From Alphaproteobacteria bacterium (GTDB lineage: Bacteria > Pseudomonadota > Alphaproteobacteria > UBA828), in contig CBDCQT010000010.1 of the NCBI GenBank assembly GCA_965220745.1, positions 750,702 through 814,701 on the forward strand: a stretch of DNA of 64,000 nucleotides. Reading direction: 5' to 3'. The translations under genes and the position numbers were made by a program. The notes under the pieces are model-generated. The model was not told the origin of the DNA. It saw nothing but the letters and a program-made list of their open reading frames with translations, and did no database searches. Shown one piece after another: positions 58,449-64,000 of the stretch (its first letter is position 1; each line of letters begins with the position of its first letter).

Positions 58449-58656
58449 AAACGGCAAGCGCACCGTCATCACTTCGCAACCGACCGGAATCACCCGCGCG
58501 AGCGCGAAGGCGCGCGTCCGCCGACGCGCGCGTTTCTGACGCCGCATGGAGTACAAAAAATCAACGTAGATAGAAGGGATTACGTCTGACTCACGCGGTC
58601 CTGCAGGCTCACGCCGGAGACGCTCATTGCAGGTTGTCAGTTCCAGGTCGCCTCGC

Positions 58657-58670
58657 ACGAGGCCTCTTCA
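58657..58670 (-). repeat. 14-bp inverted repeat, right copy (ACGAGGCCTCTTCA)
   Basis: Reverse complement of 55593-55606, ending 4 bp before the GAGGAG RBS-like sequence of lipoprotein 1. Confidence 0.7.
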
Positions 58671-58692
58671 AAATGAGGAGAGCCTGGAAGCC

Positions 58693-60783
58693 ATGAAGAA
58701 GACAAAGCTGACTCGCAGTTTGATGGCAGCGGTCTCGATCGTTGCCCTTTCCGCCGTCATGTACGGCTGCGTCCACAGCGGTGACGGTCCGACACAAGCC
58801 GAGCTCGATGCAGCGGCTGCGGCCCAGGCCGCTGCCGAGGCCGAAGCGGCTGCGGCTGCGGCTGCAGCCGCTGCCGCTGCCGAGGCTGAAGCGGCTGCCG
58901 AGGCCGAAGCCGCTGCCGCTGCCGAGGCTGAAGCGGCTGCTGCGGCCGAAGCTGCTGCTGCTGCCGAGGCCCAGGCTGCTGCCGAGGCCCAAGCGGCTGC
59001 GGATCTGGAGAACACCCAGATGGCGGCTGCAGATGCGGCCGAGGCCGCGATGACGGCATCGGACAATGCCGCGGAGTCGGCCGAAAGTGCCGCGGACGCG
59101 ACGGCGACACTCGCGACTCTGCAGACCGGCAAAGACGCGAACGCCGACGAAATGGGGGGCAACGAGGCCGCCATGGCGGCCCAGGCAGCTGCCGACGACG
59201 CGGCGGAAGCGGCGAGCGACGCCGCGGATGCTGCCGCGGAAGCGGAGGCGGCGACCACCGGCGCGGACGCCGAAGCGGCACTGCGCATGGCATTGAACGC
59301 GCAGGATGCTGCCGAGGCGGCCGAGGCGACGGCGGCCGAGATGGCCGAGGCGGCAATCGAAGCCGCCAAGATGGAACTCCATATCGACGGTACCATGAAG
59401 TGGGTCGATATTGTGGATGACGACGGCAATGTCACCGGCATGAGTTCCGTCGACGCGTCGACTGGCATGCTGACCAGGGGCACCGCCGGGGTTGACCTGA
59501 GCATCACCGGCCTGCTGCGTGGTATGGAGCCAAGCCGCTCGACAGCGGCGAGTGACGGGCAGCACTTCATCCAAGGTACCGGTGTAGACGGCAAGACGGG
59601 CGAAGTGGCGTACAAGCAGGCCAAGGAAGCTGGTTCGGTCGAAATTGGCAAGGTGCTCGACACGTCGGACGACGCGCACCGCCTCATGCTGATCACCAGT
59701 CATCAACGCGATAAGACAGTGCGGGTCTTTGTCGATCGCGAAGACACACGTGTAAATGCTGCGGATGGCGCGACCGCGGTTCTCAATCCCAACATTGCGG
59801 TGACCATTGATACGGTTACCTACAACGTATCAACCTTGTTGGATGGCGCCACCGCAACGTCGATCGGCATGTACTATGAGGCAACGGACCGCATCGAAGC
59901 TAACGATGCGTTTCCCGTCGTCCCCGACGTCGTGGGCACTCCGGCGACCACAGCAAACCAGCTTGACGCCTATGACCGGGTAAAAGTGAACGATGCCGAT
60001 GCCGAGGGTAACCCGGGCGAGGGTGCCCCGGCCAAGGGTGTCGAGATCTTCGAGATCACTGGTATCAACAACGCCGCTGGCAACCCGGTGGTCGCTTACG
60101 CTCGGCTCGAGCGAACGACGGAAACGCCCACCGACGTCATGGCCACTCCGTTCTATCAGCTCGTGGATATCATCGCCGACGCATCGATGACCGACGGTGG
60201 CGATGCCAATTTGACCGCAGACGATTTGCACCCAGTGACGGCGGACATCGCTGTGGCAGCAGACTACAAGCACATCCACTTCGGCGTGTGGGCTGGCCTC
60301 GATGAGGCCAACAAGAGGACCGGTGCGCAGGATCTCGCCGAACTCGGCATCGGTTTCGTGCAGAACATCGAGGGCGGCGTGACCGAAGGCTCGATCACAG
60401 GCACCGCCACGTTCAGAGGCGACTGGGCTGCGTCGGTGCGCAGGAAGTACGCCTCGGATGGCGAGAAGGGAGCCATCAAGCTGGACGACGGTCAGGCGAT
60501 GCTGACCGCGAACTTCTCGGAAGACGAGTTCACGGGCCTTCTGACGGGCCTTGCCACGCTGGAAGGCAGCCTTTCCGGGAACGAGTTCATGGGCACGTCG
60601 GCGTCGAAAATCACGCACCCCGATCTCGAAGCGACGGGCACGTTCGAGGGCTCGTTCAGCGGTGCCATTTACGGGGCGGAAGGTGCGGAGGCCGGCGGTG
60701 TCTTCAGCTTCGACGGCGACGAAGCCGGAGCCTTCGTCGGTGCTTTCGGTGGCAGGGACGTGGACCAACCCGTAAAGGACTAA
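58693..60783 (+). CDS. Surface lipoprotein 1: Ala/Glu-rich stalk plus TbpB-like C-terminal beta-barrel (T11SS cargo candidate)
   Basis: Signal peptide with lipobox MYG|C, AAAEAEAAA repeats, and C-terminus FSGAIYG..EAGGVFSF..FVGAFGG. Confidence 0.82.
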   Translation: MKKTKLTRSLMAAVSIVALSAVMYGCVHSGDGPTQAELDAAAAAQAAAEAEAAAAAAAAAAAAEAEAAAEAEAAAAAEAEAAAAAEAAAAAEAQAAAEAQAAADLENTQMAAADAAEAAMTASDNAAESAESAADATATLATLQTGKDANADEMGGNEAAMAAQAAADDAAEAASDAADAAAEAEAATTGADAEAALRMALNAQDAAEAAEATAAEMAEAAIEAAKMELHIDGTMKWVDIVDDDGNVTGMSSVDASTGMLTRGTAGVDLSITGLLRGMEPSRSTAASDGQHFIQGTGVDGKTGEVAYKQAKEAGSVEIGKVLDTSDDAHRLMLITSHQRDKTVRVFVDREDTRVNAADGATAVLNPNIAVTIDTVTYNVSTLLDGATATSIGMYYEATDRIEANDAFPVVPDVVGTPATTANQLDAYDRVKVNDADAEGNPGEGAPAKGVEIFEITGINNAAGNPVVAYARLERTTETPTDVMATPFYQLVDIIADASMTDGGDANLTADDLHPVTADIAVAADYKHIHFGVWAGLDEANKRTGAQDLAELGIGFVQNIEGGVTEGSITGTATFRGDWAASVRRKYASDGEKGAIKLDDGQAMLTANFSEDEFTGLLTGLATLEGSLSGNEFMGTSASKITHPDLEATGTFEGSFSGAIYGAEGAEAGGVFSFDGDEAGAFVGAFGGRDVDQPVKD

Positions 60784-60816
60784 GGTTCCGTCCAGCGACG
60801 CTCAAAGAGTTGAGGG

Positions 60817-60853
60817 GGCGCCCGGTCCGGCAACGGGCCGGGCGCCATTTTCT
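60817..60853 (+). terminator. Intrinsic terminator between the two lipoprotein genes
   Basis: GGCGCCCGGTCCG-GCAA-CGGGCCGGGCGCC hairpin followed by ATTTTCT. Confidence 0.75.
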
Positions 60854-60877
60854 TACCGCTGTCGAGGAGGAATAGAC

Positions 60878-62644
60878 ATGAAAGCCAGGTTCGCGTCGGC
60901 CGCTCTTCTTGGTGTTGTCCTGATAGCCGCAGCGGCGTGCGGGGGGAGTGACGGCCTGACCTCGGCGGAGGAAGAGGCGCTACAGGAGCAGCTTGAGGCG
61001 GCGGAGGCCGCAGAGGCGGAAGCCGAGCGCCTACGCCAGGAAGCTGAGGCGGCGGAAGCCCAAGCCGAAGCCGAGGCCAAGGCAGCGCAGGAAGCCCAGG
61101 AAAAGGCCGAAGCGGACGCCAAGGCGGCCCAGGAAGCCAAGGAAAAGGCCGAAACCGAGGCCAAGGCGGCCGAAGAGGCACGCGAGAAAGCCGAGGCCGA
61201 AGCGCAGGAGGCACGCGAGAAGGCCGAGGCTGAAGAAGCCGAGCGGCAGCGTCAGGCGGCAGCGGCTGCTGAGGCCGAGCGGCAGCGTCAAGCGGAAGCC
61301 GCAGCAGAGGCCGAGCGGCAGCGTCAAGCCGCCCTGCAGCAACAGCAACAGGAACAGCTTCAACAACAACTGGCCGAGGCCCGGCAAGTGGAAGTCCGTG
61401 CCCGCGCCGAATTGTTCGGTGCGGAGCTGGAGGCGCCTACAGAGGGGACGGCGATCGTCTCGTGGACCCGTGGAAACGACCGCACATTCAGGCCCCAGGG
61501 GACCCTGGACCCCGGCGCGGCGGCACCCAGTGTGCCCGGCGGCTGGAGCAGCGCCGGCTTTACTGGCCATTCCGGAACGGCTAACGCATTGATCAACGAG
61601 ACCGTCTACCTCTACACCAACATCCAGGCGCCCCGCAGCCGCAACTTCTGGAAGGTGCACAACGTGGAGGTGGCGGCAGCGGGATTCAGCGCTCTGGAGG
61701 CCGATACCGACAACGATCCGACGCCGACCGGTACAGCGCAATTCATTACGGGGGATCCCGCCGACACCACATCGGTCACTGGTGTGCGAGTCAACGGCAC
61801 CTACGACGGCGTTCCAGGTACCTTTACGTGCACTGTCAGCGGCACCTGCACGGGCGATACGGTTTCAACCGAGGCTAACTTCGTAGACCTCACCACACTC
61901 GTGGGGACGCACGTTAACGGCGTTCGTCCATTTCTGGCCGGCAGTTGGAGTTTCAAGCCTGGCAGCATCATCTCCCTCGTCAAGGCGGAGGATCAGGCAG
62001 ATCAGGACGATGCATTCCTCTACTTCGGCGCCTGGTCCTCCATCCCGGATAACATCACTGGGACGTACGACTTCAGGTACGTTACAGGCGGGGGAGCCGA
62101 ATCGGGAACCGATTTGGCTAACTTCAACCAACTTATCGGCCCAGCGACGTTTCGGGGCGGCGCGGTCGGCAGGTACGTGACGCAGGGGCAGGTCGGCGGG
62201 CAGAACGCCAAGATCGGCACCTTCACCGCCACCGCCACCTTGAACGCCAACTTCGGCAACGGTACAGACGCCGGCACCCTTAGCGGCAGCATCACCGACT
62301 TCCGTGAAGACGGCAGCCCCCTTGCAGGCTGGCGTGTCACGTTGGGTTTAGCTGATAATGTTGGCATGCCTGCGCCTATCGCGGATGCCGCTGTGGTCAC
62401 TCAGGCTAATGGAACCGTGGCGAACATCGGCGGATTGACCGTGGGAGGTTCGTGGGGCGCCACCTTCTACGGCAGCGACAACGAGGTGCTCGCTGACCGC
62501 ACCAAGTATCCGACGGCCCAATACCCGGTGGTCGACCTCGCGGGTGTGGTTGGCTGGTTCGATGCCGCCGGCCCAGAAACCGGCGATGCCACCGACCCGA
62601 ATGATGTTGCGATTGCCGGAGCCTTTGGCGCCACCCTCCAGTAA
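60878..62644 (+). CDS. Surface lipoprotein 2: coiled-coil stalk plus TbpB-like C-terminal beta-barrel (T11SS cargo candidate)
   Basis: Lipobox AAA|C, EAKAAQEA.EKAE and EAERQRQA repeats, ATFRGGAVG, LNANF, GSWGATFYG and IAGAFGA. GAGGAGG RBS. Confidence 0.82.
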   Translation: MKARFASAALLGVVLIAAAACGGSDGLTSAEEEALQEQLEAAEAAEAEAERLRQEAEAAEAQAEAEAKAAQEAQEKAEADAKAAQEAKEKAETEAKAAEEAREKAEAEAQEAREKAEAEEAERQRQAAAAAEAERQRQAEAAAEAERQRQAALQQQQQEQLQQQLAEARQVEVRARAELFGAELEAPTEGTAIVSWTRGNDRTFRPQGTLDPGAAAPSVPGGWSSAGFTGHSGTANALINETVYLYTNIQAPRSRNFWKVHNVEVAAAGFSALEADTDNDPTPTGTAQFITGDPADTTSVTGVRVNGTYDGVPGTFTCTVSGTCTGDTVSTEANFVDLTTLVGTHVNGVRPFLAGSWSFKPGSIISLVKAEDQADQDDAFLYFGAWSSIPDNITGTYDFRYVTGGGAESGTDLANFNQLIGPATFRGGAVGRYVTQGQVGGQNAKIGTFTATATLNANFGNGTDAGTLSGSITDFREDGSPLAGWRVTLGLADNVGMPAPIADAAVVTQANGTVANIGGLTVGGSWGATFYGSDNEVLADRTKYPTAQYPVVDLAGVVGWFDAAGPETGDATDPNDVAIAGAFGATLQ

Positions 62645-62797
62645 TCGGCCGTGCGCGTACGAGCAGTAACGCGTTACCGCATGGAGCGGGTTCAGGGGTT
62701 TCGAGGCTCTTTTCCGGCGGGTTGATTTAGACTGCGGGTCTCATCATCCCGCCGGAGGCCCCCGGCGCGGCGCCGCCCTCCACCGAAAAGGATTCCC

Positions 62798-64000
62798 ATG
62801 CGCAGTCTCTGTGCCGCCCTGCTCCTGTTACTCGCCCTTCCCGCCGCCGCTCAAGACCTGGATCTTCCCGCCCTGTTCAACGAGGGCATGAGGGCGGTCG
62901 AGCAAGCTTACGCGGAGCAAGACGAGGACCGCCGCGACGCATTGCTTGACGAGGCGATCGCCACCTTCCGCGAGATGCTGGTGGCGGATCCCGGTCTGGT
63001 CCGCGTCCGCCTCGAGCTCGCCCGCGCCTTCTTCCTCAAGGGGGAGGACTCCCTTGCCCGGCGCCATTTCGAGGCCGTGCTGGCGGGTGGCGTGCCGGAG
63101 CCTGTCGCGGTCAATGTCCATGCCTTCCTTGCCGAGATTCGCGCCCGCCGCCGCTGGAGCATTCAAGGCGGCTTCGCGCTGGCGCCGGACTCCAACATCG
63201 GCGCGGGCTCCGAGGAGCGAACCATCCTTATCCCGGTCTTCGGCCAACCCCTGCCGTTCGAGCGGGACGCGGAGGAGCTGACGTCGTCGGGCATCGGCGT
63301 CTCGGTCTGGGGCGGGGCGGAGTACCAGGTGCCGATCGGGGAGCGGCTCAGGCTGCGCGCGGGCGGCGATGCGGCCCGGCGGGAGTACTCGGGCTCGAAG
63401 TTCGATCAGCTCTTCCTCGGCACCCATCTCGGCCCGCGCTGGCTGGTGGACCGGAACACGGAGGGGAGCCTGCTGGCGAGCGCGCGGCAACGCTGGATCG
63501 GCGCCGCACCGGACAATCGCGAGCTGGGCGCGCGCCTGGAGGTGGGGCGCCGGCTCACCCCGCGGGTGACGGCGTTCGTAAACGCCTCCTGGCACGACCG
63601 GCACTACCGGACGCGGACCGAGCTGGACGGGCCGGTGTGGGACGCATCGCTCAGGGGCTTCTGGGTGGTGACGCCGACGGTGCGGGCGGAGCTTTCGGCG
63701 GGCTACGCGCGGGAGCGGCCCGAGCGCGAGCGGGAGCGTAACGCCAGCCGCTGGCTGGGCGCGGGGGTTACGGTGGCGCTGCCGCTGGGCTTCACCGTGG
63801 GCGGCGGCGGCGAGGTGCGCTGGACCGACTTCGAGGACGAGTGGTTCCCGCACACGCCGGTGGGCGAGGACCGTGAGGACCGCACGCGCAGCGTCCGGCT
63901 CTCGGTCCACAACCGGGGCATTACGGTGATGGGCTTCAGCCCGGCGATCGTGGCGGTGCACGAGGAGCGGGAGACCAACGCGCAGCTTTACGACTACGAG
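62798..64000 (+). CDS. Slam/DUF560 surface lipoprotein assembly modifier (type XI secretion translocon), 3'-truncated by the window
   Basis: Not in the ORF track because there is no stop in the window. Manual translation: MRSLCAALLLLLALPAAAQD..., TPR-like VRVRLELARAFF, WSIQGGFALAPDSNI, then amphipathic beta-strands ending ...ERETNAQLYDYE. Confidence 0.85.
   Translation, partial: MRSLCAALLLLLALPAAAQDLDLPALFNEGMRAVEQAYAEQDEDRRDALLDEAIATFREMLVADPGLVRVRLELARAFFLKGEDSLARRHFEAVLAGGVPEPVAVNVHAFLAEIRARRRWSIQGGFALAPDSNIGAGSEERTILIPVFGQPLPFERDAEELTSSGIGVSVWGGAEYQVPIGERLRLRAGGDAARREYSGSKFDQLFLGTHLGPRWLVDRNTEGSLLASARQRWIGAAPDNRELGARLEVGRRLTPRVTAFVNASWHDRHYRTRTELDGPVWDASLRGFWVVTPTVRAELSAGYARERPERERERNASRWLGAGVTVALPLGFTVGGGGEVRWTDFEDEWFPHTPVGEDREDRTRSVRLSVHNRGITVMGFSPAIVAVHEERETNAQLYDYE

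Noticed and set aside
58810-59000. CRISPR-like periodic repeats
   Set aside because: These are in-frame Ala/Glu codon repeats within a lipoprotein, with no unique spacers and no cas genes.
62828-63961. 377-aa minus-strand ORF
   Set aside because: Antisense to the Slam gene starting at 62798 on the plus strand.

Overview
High-GC proteobacterial window. The mdh and sdh proteins look alphaproteobacterial, and the gene content suggests a marine, possibly host-associated organism (inference only). From left to right: (1) a hydantoinase-B/oxoprolinase gene with a fused Zn-finger domain, a class III aminotransferase and a di-heme MauG/CCP protein; (2) an oxidative-type aprMBA operon whose aprA stop codon carries a three-element stack (IS701-IS5-IS701), followed by PEP-mutase, PanB-like, hydroxylase, GntR and DUF6166 genes and sat; (3) sdhCDAB-mdh, a DddK-like cupin, a methyltransferase and a PIN toxin-antitoxin pair; (4) a hydantoinase/D-carbamoylase/racemase cluster and a TRAP-enolase locus; (5) a B12-radical SAM gene between 97-bp direct repeats; (6) an amide ABC operon interrupted by a MITE, then a sugar ABC operon; (7) two tandem tyrosine recombinases divergent from two stalked TbpB-like lipoproteins and a Slam/T11SS translocon, which is cut by the window end and missing from the ORF track. 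The best candidate for an undescribed system is (7). The recombinase pair is bracketed by an exact 12-bp direct repeat and an exact 14-bp inverted repeat, and one copy of the inverted repeat abuts the lipoprotein RBS, suggesting a recombinase-controlled switch for surface lipoproteins. A dispersed ~30-bp intergenic repeat (7 copies) was also found. No tRNA, rRNA or CRISPR array was seen. All family assignments come from motif recognition by eye, not from database searches.
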